This document shows, in pieces, positions 12,301-25,885 of a stretch of 64,000 nt of DNA (position 1 is its first letter; each line of letters begins with the position of its first letter). The DNA lies in NCBI GenBank assembly GCA_009914755.4, contig CP068257.2, positions 33,312,001-33,376,000 on the forward strand, read 5' to 3'. The stretch is from the human T2T-CHM13v2.0 reference genome, Homo sapiens. Made by a program: the position numbers and the translations under genes. The notes under the pieces were generated by a model. That model was not told the DNA's origin. It saw only the letters and a list, made by a program, of their open reading frames with translations, and did not search any database.

Positions 12301-14803
12301 AAACATGGGACCAAAGAAACATACTTTGCTTTGTGGGTCTTAACATAATCTACCAATCGGTCTTTCAAAATTCTTGTCTTCTCATGTATGACATGTTAAG
12401 ACTCTTACTAAAGAACTCACTTAAATGTCAGCCCATATACTCTACAAAAAAATGTTTTATCTCTATTCACCTCCATTCTTTTTGAAGGTGATTTTACTAA
12501 AGCCAGATAACTGAAATATTAATGTATAGAATCTAATTTCTTAATGGTATGGAAGGCTGAAAATAGTTTTATTGTTTGATGTTGAGCTATAGATGATGAT
12601 TTCTTTTTCTTTTATTTTTTTCCTTTTTTTTTTTTTTGAAGGTTGGAAGATTCTTTAATGAGAGACATATGCAGCAAGTTAAAGCTTGTAAGCTTACTTC
12701 ATCTCAGTAATGCAGAAAACTCCTTAAACTGTTGATTTTCTTTTGGAGGGCACTCTGAACTATGCAAAATATCATCTGATTCCTCAAGGAAAACTAGGAA
12801 ACAATGAAGAAAAAGTACCTTCAAACTTTATGAATGTCTCGGCCACCCCCTGCTGCATCCATCAAATACCAGATTGAATTAGTGAGATTCAAATACCAGA
12901 GATTTTATGGTAATGGGATATTTAGAAATCATTCCCCGAGGTTCCGCCTATGTTGGAGTGAGCCTGTGTGCTCACAGTGATAGAATTTGGGGCTAGATCC
13001 CAGTGTTGGTTCAATTATTAGGCTAGGTGATCTTCCACAGCTTATTTTAAATTGCAGTTTTCCAAGATTTATAAGACTGCATTTTTGGACTTTCTCTAAT
13101 GCACTCAAGCAAAAAAAAAAAAATCATTTGCCTGTACACTGATGACTATACCTGGTAAGGCTATATAAATGTGTACAAATTTGTACCAATACTTTAACTT
13201 TATTGGTTCACTTGCAGGTTTCATAGTCACTTGACCGTCATTCACCATTTACCTCCAGATGCCTTTCTTCCCTCTGCTCTGAGCTCAGGTACAAGTGTCC
13301 ATTATTGCTCTAAGAGCTAGTCTTGACTGGGCTTAATTGATATTTCCATTAGTCTGATGAATACAAATGGCATTAAATACCAGGATCAGACACAAAGTGA
13401 ATATGAGTGATCCTTTGCAGCCACCTGGGAAGGGTGAGTGGGGATTTTTAAGGCATAGTGGTGAGGACAATTAGCAGGGCTAATGTACCCTTTCCATGGT
13501 TGAGATGACACCAGATGCCCCTCTCTTGCTGGCATTCAGTGCACAATGAAGTCTGCATTGATCTAGATGGCAAACCACATTGGTTTCAGAGCCAGGAGGC
13601 TCCACTCAGCATGGCACAACTTTGTGTTATGAGAGGAAAAGAGTGAGGCAGCAAGTGAGCTTAGAGCCTTGGGTCAGGTTGAAGGAAAGTTTCCCTCTTT
13701 CTCCCCGGACCAGATGCACATATCAACTGTGAACCCTGAAGTCAAGTCAAGCTCCTAGGACTGCCTCCCTGTGTTGGGCTGAGGGCAGCGAGTACGCCTT
13801 GGCAGCTTTTAACCCGTGTCCCTTCTGCCTGCATTGGCACGCGGTCAATCTCTGAGCAGTTGGGGGATATGGAAAGCATAAAGGGGAAGGATCCACAGGG
13901 ACAATCAATCATGTCATCAAGATCAGCTTCTGAAGGAAACAAGCACAAATGCTTCAGTGAAAACAAACTAATTTCATTCTGACTGTTCTACTGTTCGGGG
14001 TTTTATGACTGTGTTTTTCACCCTGTGTGGAAAAATACAAAGAACTGCCCAGGAACTGAAAAACAGAAAAGAATCTGTCTTGAGGAACATTTCCCCCTTT
14101 AACTTCTTTGCTGTCTTTACCAGATGTACCCATCCAGGCTCCAACATGAACCACACAATGGACCTTAGGCCCATTCCAGCACACAATAACTCAACAAAGG
14201 ATGCTTAAAACATTAAAAGGATCTTTACTATCCTCTTGGCAAAGTACTTCACATGAATTGCCAGTTTTCCAGTTGTTACACCAAAGAAAGATAAGGGGAT
14301 CAACGGATCAAAATCCATCTTACTTCATACAAAAGACAGAAGTTGTTATAGAAAGCCAATATGGCTTGGGGAGGGAACATGGAGTCAGTCCCGGTGTGGG
14401 GTCAATGATTTTACCAGGTGATATTCCTTCAGTTGTTTATGTTGATGTTTTTTCACCCCCTAAAGAGACTCAGAGATAAATAAAATTCAGTCTTTGGGGT
14501 TGCTCTAAAGCACTCAAGTAAAAATTACCTGATTATTGGCAACTGGATTTTGCAAAATTGTGGGGAGAAAATTTGGAACCCTCGCAAATCCTCCTACACA
14601 AATGTTGAGCTAAATATTTTCACTTTATGCTCGCCTGACAGAGATAGTAGTGGTGAAAGTTACAGAGAGATTTGCCGATATAGAGCATTTGCTTATATCA
14701 CACCCTTTCTCTTTTCCCCAAATCTTTTCCTTTTTAATAGCGTAGGAAGAAAAAAAAGGAGTTTAAGGAAATAATTTCTTGTGCTTACTATAGCCCTCAA
14801 GAC

Positions 14804-15100
<297 letters not shown>

Positions 15101-16139
15101 CCAACAATTTTCTTATTCTTTGAGTTTCTCACTCGTACTAAACAAAACTAGAGAATTCCCCTGAATTACACAGGAATCTGGGTAAAGTTGTATAGATTCA
15201 GACCATGTGATACTTCTTCAGCCATTCTTCTGAGAATTTGGCAAGGAGACTATAAGTTTTGATTGGTTAATATTTGTGTGGGTACGAATGCCAGCACTGA
15301 AATATGTGGTTAAATATTGTATTGCTTTGGGTGGTTGGCCTCATGTGAGTGCTTCCTCTAGCACAAATGTCATTTGGCAAACTTGGTTCTCACAGTTCAA
15401 ATGAAATCTATGGAGGAAGAGGAGAGCCTGTCGTCTCCTCTTAGGACAGATGGCACATGCTGCAGTGTGAATGGCAGAATTGGGGAGGCCTAGGTCTGGG
15501 TTTTTGTGGCTAGAGAATATACTAACCATCAGAATCATGTTGTGGCCATTAATAGGATTATCTTATTTTCAGTAATTACTAACTATACTATATGAGAGAC
15601 AGATAGTATAATAACTAATGACTAACTATATGAAAGACAGTTTAATGTTAATACCTCCACTCTGAATGAATTGCTTGTTTAACAGATGGCTTCTGACTTA
15701 TTGGGAAGTTGTTAGAACATCAAAGCACAGTTTATGAGGCCTGGCAAATTATGTATCTGAGTTTAGCCTTTTGTTTCCAATGTTACCTTCTAAATGATCT
15801 GTTTCATAACTAAGATTAATATGAGCACAGTTAAATAAGTTATTTCATGGAGAACAGGCATGCCAATATAGATATTATCAAGATGTATAATTTGCCAAAA
15901 ATATTTGTTGAGTATCTGTGATGTGCCAGCCATACAGTGGTAAACATTTATTGATCACTTACAGATATGAACTATAGTATGCACACATCTACAGTTTCAG
16001 ATGGACTATAGTATCATAGTTACATAAAATACAGCCAAAGGCATCCTAGAATTTTTCTTTTTCAAAAATAAAACAATTCTACAATCTCACAAACATATTC
16101 GGGTCCATTTCTCTGTGCTTACAAACATGCTCAGGCTTG

Positions 16140-18065
16140 CCCAATGAGTGGAACCCACCATCCTTTGACCTTGGCCTTGCAGCCTAGTTTCTTTGAGAGT
16201 ACATTTTCCCCTACCAACTCCTCCGCCACATACCCCACAAAAAGCAGCCTCATTTTCCACCTCCAAATTCTCACTATCTTCCACTCCTCAGCCCCAGGAA
16301 CCTGCTTTTTACTCCCACTGCTCTCCTGAAATTGCTTTCTCAAATGTCAAAGTACCACCAGTTGATTCAATTCTTCCCTCCCAGACTTCTCTGCAACACC
16401 CTTGAAAATGCCCTCCTTGAAAAGCTCTCTATCCTTGGTATGTTCTCCACACTGTGGCAACTCGAGACTTTTCTTCACCTCTCTGACAGTTCCTTTCATC
16501 TTCTTTGTTCTTGCTCCCTAAAGTAAGATTCTTTAAGGCTTTCTTTGCTCTCTGTGTACAACCTTCTTGTAGAATTGGGTATTTCCTGGGCTTTGACTAT
16601 TGTATCTATGAATGTGAACTATCGAAGCTCTTTCTCCAGATCTGGCTTCTCTTCAGACTCCAGTCCCATGTCTTCATTTGCTACCTGGAAGCCTCACCTC
16701 ATGATGAGTTTGGGAACTCAACATATCCCAAAGCAAACTCATTGACTGCTTCTCACCAAGGATCTTCTCTTCCTGGTTTTCCAGGTTTGGATGCGTTCTC
16801 CTGTTCTCCTAGAGGGTTCTCCCTCTTAATTAGTTGCCCAATTCTGTCCATTCTACCTTCACTATAACAAGTGACTGTCCCACTTTTAGTTAGTCCTGCC
16901 ACCTCCTCTCTTCAGCTCTTCATGAATTCCCTCTCTGAACTGCTCTCCCTCATGCCAGTCTCTTTCCACTCTGTTCCGTGCCTCACACGTTTTGCAGATG
17001 AACCTTGCCAAAGAAATGATATCACTGTGACATTTCTGTCTTCACAAATGCCTTATTCTATCCTGACCCTCCAAATTAATGTTTTTAACCTTTTCTCCTG
17101 CTCTTTCTCAAGCATGTAGCCATGGTCCCACAAATACCATGGGCTTGGGGGGAGGTTCAGATCACATAGCACATTCCCCTCTCTGTCCCCTTGTATATGC
17201 CCCTAGAGCTGTGTGGACTCTCCTCCTTCACACTTCTGCACTTGCCATCCTTCAAGGCCCAGTTCTGTTGACATAGTCTCCAGGAAGACTTCCTCTTTTG
17301 GTGATGTTTGAGAAGTTACAATAAGGTGCTGTACTTTTCCATAGCTCGGCTTGATTCATGTGCTATATAAAAAAAAAGACTGTAGAGGGTCTCATAGCAA
17401 TACAGCAACAGGTGGTTGATGAATCAATTTAGGAAGTGGCTGCTGGGGGCAGAGCTTTATTTATCAAAGGGTACAGCTTTGCAAGCTGAGTGTACAAGAG
17501 CTTCCTGGGTCAGGGCTGTCTGGTGACCTACAGACATGGATGGGGTGGCAGTCATAAGTGAGTTTGGGCTGTGACATTTTGGCTTTCTCTAGGTTTTCTC
17601 ATTTATCACAAAGGGACTGGTAATTCCTATGTGACTCTACATGTAGGCATCACATGTCGCTGAGCTCCAGAGAAAAGGCAAGCTCGTCCACCTTCAGACT
17701 CATGCACTTGCATCCCACTAGGTCCTCCCTTGGGTCTGTAATGAGCTACTTCTCCTCACCTTAGTTAAGCAGTTTCATTCTTTACAGACCACCTCAAAGG
17801 CCAATTCTACCATGGTCTTTCTTCAACCCATAGTCATAACACTCTCTCCCTCTTCTGGTCACACATGGCACTCTATCTGTGCCTCAAGTGGTTCAATGAC
17901 TGTTCTCCCTGGCTTTGCATGTGTCATCTTACCAAATGGATTATAAGATGTTTGAGTCTGGAGACTAAATTTTATTTATTATTATAATGCACAATATAGC
18001 CCTGTGTTCATAGCTGGAATTTAATACATGTTAGTTGAATAAACATTGAAGGATGAAGTTTCAGA
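16140..18065 (+). mobile_element. Ancient LINE (L2-like) 3' portion, heavily decayed
   Basis: A pyrimidine-rich (CT-rich) ~1.2-kb stretch gives overlapping S/P/L-rich ORFs. It ends in an L2/MIR-type tail at about 17935-18060 (gtgttcatagctggaatttaatacatgttagttgaataaacattgaaggatgaag). Confidence 0.4.
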
Positions 18066-19463
18066 TTTTTTTGGCTACCATTACTCTCAGCTATGTTGAT
18101 GTAATGAAACACGTGTGCCATATAAACATGTATCTATTTACCAATCTGCTGCTCAAATTGATGACTTTTTACAAGGCTTCTAGGTGGGGCAGCTTTTAGA
18201 ATAAAGATGAACACCCACACGCACACTCTTACATGAGTGACTGAACAATCTCACATTTTATTATTTATAGAAATACATGTGAATATGCTACAACTTAATT
18301 TATTTCCTGCAAGCAGAAATCCTTATCATTATAAGGAAGCCCCTGTCTTTTGTTTTTGTCCATTTTTTCCCCTGATGTGTTCATAAACATGTCCCATGGA
18401 TGGCAGGAATGCACAGCTATTTCACTGGTGGTATAAATAGTTTTCACAGAAGCCCTGTCTATCATGGTAAATGGCACAAAAGACTTTTTTCCTCCACAGA
18501 AGCCTTTATTTTTCTCCCTGTATTTCCCTCAGAGGTCCGCCACAGTCTGAAGGGACTTCACAGCTGTGCTGTCTACGAACCCACTCCTAACTTCCAAACT
18601 TTCGCCAAAGTGTTTCCTCTGAGGTCCTTATAGAAGCGCTTCTGGACAACGTGGGATGTTGCTAACATTTGGAAAGTGACTGTCATGCTGCGAGGAAGTA
18701 TTTGCAGGCCTCTGAGTTCAGTCCTCCGAGGACATTTCACCTTCTTTGCTCTCGTCCAAGCCTTAGACCCCAGCACCCAGTCAGCTCCCCTCCTGTGGGT
18801 TTTCCGGGCTGCTGTTTCATCTCTCTCCCCATTACCCTCATCATCCCCACTCCCACCCCGACATAAATTCAAAAGAAATCTTTTTTTTTTTTTGGGGGGG
18901 GGTTTCACTTTTGAAATGAAGGCTCATATTTCAGCTCTAGATTTAGAATAGGTAAATATTTTTTAAAAAATCATTTCTTCATATAAATTAAAAAGCCAAA
19001 CATCAATAAGCCAAACATCAATAGCAACGGCAACACCTCTCCAACAACAGCTGCAGAAATTGCCAACGTGCACCTAACCTGACCTCACGGGGCCATGCCG
19101 GGGGCCTTGTGGAAGAGGATCAGTCCATCTCTGCCCCACCTCAAGCAAGAGTGACTTGCATTTCATTCCTCTGTATTCATTCTCTCGGGGTTTTCAGCCA
19201 CAAAAGTACTTTATAAAAGTTCTGTATAGGAACAGGCTCTGAGAGGAGAATTTCTCAGAAGAGGTCCAAGGTGCTTTGCTTAAATTACTCAAGGTTCAGG
19301 CTCTCAGGGACAGGGCCATGGCTCACAGGCATTTGCTCTGGGGCTGTGAGAATGTGGGATGAGAATGAGGTGGTATCATTTGTGGATGTGATGGTCTACC
19401 CTTCCCTAATTTCCTAATTTGGGAATGACTGATTGACAAGGATGGGGCTACCTGGAGAGCTAG

Positions 19464-19846
<383 letters not shown>

Positions 19847-21250
19847 GGGATGTGCAGAATTTCTTGCCTGGAGATGTTCATTTATTTCCTTCCCTACCCC
19901 ATCCCCCCAAACAGCTACACTGCCTGGAGATTTGGAAGAAAGAGATGAACAGATGTGTGTGATGTTTTAGTTACATTTGACCTAAAAGTGGGGGAAATGA
20001 GCTAAATGACACACCAAAGTCCTTTTCACTAAACAACCAGTATCAGTAGAGCAAGTTGTTTAAATATTGCCATTAGCCCACTTCTGAGGCTTACTGGAGA
20101 GTTTTACTAATGGCAAGATTCAAAAACAGTAACCTCTGTCTTATTGAATAGACGCTCCCCAGCTGCTGAACTGTGAAGTTAATTTCTGGAAAGTGAATTG
20201 TGTTTGTCATTTTTAAAAATACAATTTTCTGTAATAAAAGCAGAGATGCAACCTTCAGCAGAGAAACATTCCAATGTGGCTGGGTTGAATGCTTTGTTTG
20301 GCTGAGGAATGGTTAAAGTGATGTTTGAGGATGTAACCTACCAGTGGAATGAGGCAAGAGAACTTTGCTTACTACATTGGCCTCCCCTAGGTGTACTTGT
20401 TAATTAAGAGTAAAACCACGAAGGTAGCTCCAACCCCAATCGCTGTGGATGCCACACCCGCGCCAGCGAGGGCAGGCTGATAGAGGCTGTGCTAAGATTG
20501 CCGTCCTGTCACAGCGTGGAGTGGGAGTGGGAAGGGGGCCTCCTACTCTCATCGTTAGCCAACGCACAACATATGTTCACTAGTCATATCCTTTCTGTCA
20601 AGCAAGGAACTAGGCCCTGGGAGTACAAGGATGAATAATACACGAGGCCCTTCTTCAAGGAATTTATAGATCCTTCAGGTAAACCATGTGATGTCCCTCC
20701 GAACTGACTGGCATAAAGCGGATGATGGGGCTTTGACATCTTGTGCTGAGAATAACAGAATCACGGCTGAACTGACATCATAGGATCATAGAATTTTATA
20801 ACATGAAGCAGCCTTAGAGATCGTTCACCAAATTGAGTTAAAATTAAATGATTGTTATAGTTCCTTATAAACTGCCAAATGCTAAACAAACATGATTATT
20901 ATTTGGTGGAAGCCCCTCAGGTTTTGGAAGGAGAGAGACTGATACAAAGTTAAGTCATTGCAACAGGTCTTCTAGCTACAGTGTTATAGGTATAGCTACA
21001 TTGTTACACAGCTACATTGTTTAACATTCATAACCCGCATCTTATTTTGTTGTTTAGTACACATAAGTAATATTTTATTTTTCAAATTATATTATAAATA
21101 ACAGAAATTATGAGAAAGAAACTGTATTGAGGAAATATGGGAAAGTAATTTTGTACTGCAGATCTAGAGTATAATGAACAAAAAGAGCCTATAAGCAAAA
21201 AGATTCAAGCTCTTAACAAGGAAATGCCTTGTACATAACTGCACATATAG

Positions 21251-21535
21251 GCTGGGCTCAGTGGCTCATGCCTGTAATACCAGCACTTTGGGAGGCCGAG
21301 GCAGGTGGATCACTTGAGGTCAGGAGTTCAAGACCAGCCCGGCCAACACGGCAAAACCCCATCTCTACTAAATACAAAAATTAGCTGCGCATGGTGGCGG
21401 GTGCCTGTAGTCTCAGCTATTCAGGAGGCTGAGGTAGGAGAATCACTTGAAACCAGAGGTGGAGGTTGCAGTGATCTGAGATCTTGCCACTGCACTCCAG
21501 CCTGGGAAACAGCTAGACTTTGTCTCAGAAAAAAA
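21251..21535 (+). mobile_element. Alu SINE, plus orientation, with poly-A tail and an 11-bp TSD (1 mismatch)
   Basis: ggctgggctcagtggctcatgcctgtaataccagcactttgggaggccgagg ... ctcagaaaaaaa. The TSD is tgcacatatag at 21240-21250 and tgcacacatag at 21537-21547. Confidence 0.95.
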
Positions 21536-22109
21536 TTGCACACATAGTTAGGTGATGACTTAGTTACATTTCAGAGAGGATATGTGGTAGGCAGAGTACC
21601 TGTGGATGGCCCCCCAAGATTTCCCACCATAAGACCCACAGGTGTCCATCTCTGTGCTAACTTCCAGCGTGGTTTAGGGGAGGCACTGACACTCTGCAGA
21701 ATCCCAGAAAATATAATTAAAGTTCTGTTTATAAATCCTTTATTGACATTTAGTGAACGATTGCAGTGCTACTGATGTAGTGCTCTTTAATAGCTCATTA
21801 TGAAGTTTGTTAGAAGAGACATTAGCAGCAATTTGTCAATAGCCTCTGGAAGTCAAGTGACAAGGTATGCGTGTTTTACAGTGCTGCCGAGTGTTAGACA
21901 TATCCTTGCAGGTGGGGAAACTTCATCCACTTATCTGCCCAAGGGATAGTTCACATGGTGACTCAGATGTTTTGAAGCCACACCATAATGTGTTCTAAAA
22001 GTCGGCGAGAGGTGGAATGACAGCAATCCCACCAAAGTGGCCCCTGTCACTCAAACTTGAGAAGCTGCATGGAATTCCTTTTGTGTCATTCTAAAAAACT
22101 ATAATTCTT

Positions 22110-23188
22110 TTGAATAGGATAATTTCTTTTAAAAATATTATGGAAGCTCTTTAGTTTAATTAGATCCCATTTGTCAATTTTGGCTTTTGTTGCCATTGCT
22201 TTTGGTGTTTTAGACATGAATCTTTGCCCATGCCTATGTCCTGAATGGGAGAAAATTTTTGCAATCTATTCATCTGACAAAGGGCTAATATCCAGAATCT
22301 GTGAAGAACTTAAACAAATTTACAAGAAAAAAACAAACAACACCATCAAAAAGTGGGCAAAGGATATGAACAGACACTTCCCAAAAGAAATTTATGCAGC
22401 CAACAGACATATGAAAAAATGCTCATCATCACTGGTCATTAGAGAAATGCAAATCAAAACCACAATGAGATACCATCTCACACCAGTTAGAATGGTGATC
22501 ATTAAAAAGTCAGGAAACAACAGATGCTGGAGAGGATGTGGAGAAATAGGAAAGCTTTTACACTGTTGGTGGGAATGTAAATTAGTTAAACCATTGTGGA
22601 AGACAGTGTGGCGATTTCTCAAGGATCTAGAACTAGAAATACCATTTGACCCAGCAATCCCATTACTGGGCATATACCCAAAGGATTATAAATCATTCTA
22701 CTATAAAGACACATGCACACGTATGTTTCTTGCGGCATTATTCACAACAGCAAAGACTTGGAACCAACCCAAATGTCCATCAATAATAGACTGGATAAAG
22801 AAAATGTGGCACATACACACCATGGAATACTATGCAGTCATAAAAAGGATGAGTTCATGTCCTTTGCAGGGACATGGATGAAGCTGGAAATCACCATTCT
22901 CAGCAAACTATCACAAGGACAGAAAACCAAACACTACATGTTCTCACTCATAAGTGTGAGTTGAACAAGGAGAACACATGGACATAGGGAGAGGAACATC
23001 ATCCACCGGGGCCTGTCGGGGGATGGGGGTCTAGGGGATGAATAGCAACCCATTAGGAGAAATACCTAATTTAGGTAATGGGTTGATGGGTGCAGCAAAC
23101 CACCATGGCACGTGTATACCTATGTAACAAAACTGCACATTCTGCACATGTACCCTAGAACTTAAAATATAATAATAATAAAAAAGAA
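22110..23188 (+). mobile_element. L1 (L1PA-like) 3' end with a 5' inverted arm, a twin-priming structure. It spans the ORF2 C-terminus and 3'UTR and ends in a poly-A
   Basis: From about 22245 the sequence is in sense and encodes [19 protein letters not shown]...[64 protein letters not shown]...SLISVS, the L1 ORF2p C-terminus with its CCHC motif. The L1 3'UTR and ataataataaaaaa follow. The stretch at about 22145-22245 is the reverse complement of the ORF2 segment encoding ..[16 protein letters not shown].., which lies immediately upstream in L1. Confidence 0.9.
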
Positions 23189-23589
23189 AATATATACATG
23201 GCTATTAAAATTGGAAAAAAAATAGTATGGAATTGGCCTGTCATTATACGGGGGTACCTGAGGTGGCAATTTGGCACCACTTGGTACTTTTTATTCATAC
23301 GTGATAATGTCTGGCATGGAATGGGGTCAATATATATGCTTTGAAGGAGTGAATTTATATTTAAGTTTGCAATAGCTTTATGATTCTACAGCTCTCTTAT
23401 TTAATTATTTCATTTAATCATCTCTTCAACACCTCTCTAGAAGGTAAAAAATAATGTTCTCATTTTACAGAAAAAGAAATTGATATTTGGGACGTTTAAT
23501 ATAACCAAGATGCATAGGTCTGTGCAGCTGCTCTTTCTTCTCACTTTCAGGTCATAATTACTGTTTGCTGGGAACATACTGGGTACTGG

Positions 23590-23720
23590 TGTTAGGCAGG
23601 TCTTTTGTTTCTCATTAACTACCTCCTCACACCAGGAGGTATGTAGGTCTTTTTATCTTCAGATGAAGTCTCAGTGAGGTTATGTAATTTGAGCTGAATC
23701 ACACAGGCTATGTCTGATCA
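23590..23720 (-). mobile_element. MIR SINE fragment
   Basis: cttcagatgaagtctcagtgaggttatgtaatttgagctgaatcacacaggctatgtctgatcaagctgg resembles the reverse complement of the MIR core (acagatgaggaaactgaggctcagagaggttaagtaacttgcccaaggtcacacagc). Confidence 0.4.
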
Positions 23721-25778
23721 AGCTGGCATCTAATCGCAAGGCTTGCTACTCAAGAGGATGTGGCCTTCCTGCCATCACCCAGCTGCCCTTCCAACTGAAG
23801 TATAAGGCTATTGCTATTTCCATTTTTAAAAATCTGACAGGCACAAAGCACAAAGGCACAAAGACTTAAGGGATGGCTACAGTTATGATAGTTCAGTCAA
23901 GAAGTCTCTGTTTTGGGGACTTTTTTTTTTTTTAAATCTACGTTTTACAGCATTATTATGCGTCTACGTGAACTTAATTTAATGCAACAAGCGTTGACAA
24001 GTGCCTGTTTTGTGCAAATTCTGTGTGATACCCAATGTCCATTTCCTATTCTTCCTTTCAAAAAGTGGCCATAAACAGAACCCTGATTTTGTTGAGGATA
24101 ACAGTGTGCTTAGGTAAGAGATGTCATTTCCCATCATTTCATGTAGCTTGGCACAGTCGTGTGAATAACTTCTGCATGCAACCCCCAGGGAAGCTTTCTA
24201 AAGGGCCTTTTCCTTCCCTTTCCTTCTGACTGGAATGTGGACATGATGTCCAGAGCTCAGGCAGCCATCCTGGGCCACAAAACATCATTGTGAATGGATG
24301 CCAAGTGTTGGGGATGATGGAGAAGAAAGATATAAGGAGTCTAGGTTTTTGATGACATAGTGGAGCTGCCCAGTCAGCCTTGGGCTACTTACAACTGGAA
24401 TTACCATAAGAAAGAAATAAACTTTTATTTTGTTTAAATGACTACTTTCTTCTGATCTCTAAATGCAACTTCTAACTTATGGAGTTACAGGAAAGCTGGA
24501 AAAGATATATTTATTAGTCTTTAGGAAAGACAAATCCACAACTCACTACAGTATGGTCTGAATGTGACTTGATCCAATGATCTAATGAAAACATAAACTC
24601 AGTGGGGAGCATTCCAGAGAGAGAAGAAATTAATTCTGCTAAGAAGAAGGTATCAAGAAAAGCTTGTTGTACCTTGGATGGAGGAAGATAAGAAGTGGAA
24701 CAGAAAACTCAGTAAGCAAAAGAAAGCCTGGACTCCAAGAAGTTGAGCTTAAGTGATGGCAAGTTGGTTGCAAAAAAATGGCTTTGATATTTCCAAAATG
24801 ATTTTCTTTAAGTTTTCAGCAAAGCATTGACTAGTCATAGACTTTTAGACCTTGTTCTGTGGACCCAGATCTAAACCAAACTGCAAGTTTGTGTCACTTG
24901 AGATATTATCTACCAGCACATTTAAGTCTCTTTCTTTAAACATATCACTTCAGTGGTGATATCTTAAGCTACAGAAAGAGTCATCTTCCTTTACACATTT
25001 GGCTATAATTGAGTAGAGATGACTTTTATAAGATTCAGTCCTACAGTCTTAGGCCTGGGTTAAAAAGCTGTCTTTGACTGAAGTGGGAGGAGAAAGGAGA
25101 AAAGGAGAGGGGAAATAGTTATTTGGGATCCCTTCTGGGATATCCCTTCTGACTCCTTGTGGCAGGAGTGATTGTCTGATTGTTTCATTGCAGGGGTCAG
25201 GCTGGAGCAGAGCCTCAAAGGCAGGAGGGTAAAGAATTAGGGCTCCAACCCCAGGGGCTAACGATGCTAGGGAACTTCAGGAGCTTATGACATATCCCTG
25301 ACTTCTCCCTCTGGTGTTCAACAAATATCCATGTAATCCTAACCTTTCCTTGGCCTCTCTTACAGTTAGGGCAGGACCAACTAATTAGATTGTGGTTAAT
25401 GGGATGTAAGTGGGAATAAGCTAACCTCTTCCAGGTTGAGAACTTAAAGGTGTCCTATATTATAATCCCACCCACCCTCTCTCCCCTCACTGTAGTGACA
25501 TTATATCTTGAATTACAGATGCCATAGCTACAAGGTGGGAGCAGCCTGGGACCCTGAATCACTGCGTGGAAGAGATTCTCGCAGAGGAGAAGTTTTCAAA
25601 GCATCTGTCTTTGTGTGAGCAGGAAATAAGCGTTGGTGGTATGAAGACATTGAAACATGGGAATATTTGTGATGGCAGCTGGCATTAATTACTCTGATTT
25701 TGACATTACTTCTTGGCAAGGAAAATAAGTGAGAGGTGGTGCACCTTTGATGAGAAGCATGGGATTCGGAGTTGGAAA

Positions 25779-25885
25779 ATACAGCCTTCAGCTTGATTCC
25801 TGGGTGAGTTTGGGCAAGTTTCTTAACTTCTTCAGCCCCAGATTTTTATCTATAAAAATGAGAATAATGGCTGTGCCTCCTTCCT
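25779..25885 (+). mobile_element. MIR SINE fragment
   Basis: tttgggcaagtttcttaacttcttcagccccagatttttatctataaaaatgagaataatggctgtgcctcc matches the MIR core. Confidence 0.4.

Noticed and set aside
16131-17276. Cluster of overlapping 60-120-aa S/P/L-rich ORFs on the plus strand
   Set aside because: The region is a CT-rich decayed ancient LINE (L2-like) fragment ending in an L2/MIR-type tail. The multiple overlapping frames point to compositional bias, not to a gene.
22171-22881. A 236-aa ORF, the second longest in the window, that could be mistaken for a host gene
   Set aside because: Its translation is the L1 ORF2p C-terminus ([18 protein letters not shown]...[18 protein letters not shown]...). 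It is fused by chance across a 5'-inversion junction, and it sits in a truncated, poly-A-terminated L1 copy. It is a retrotransposon remnant, not a cellular gene.
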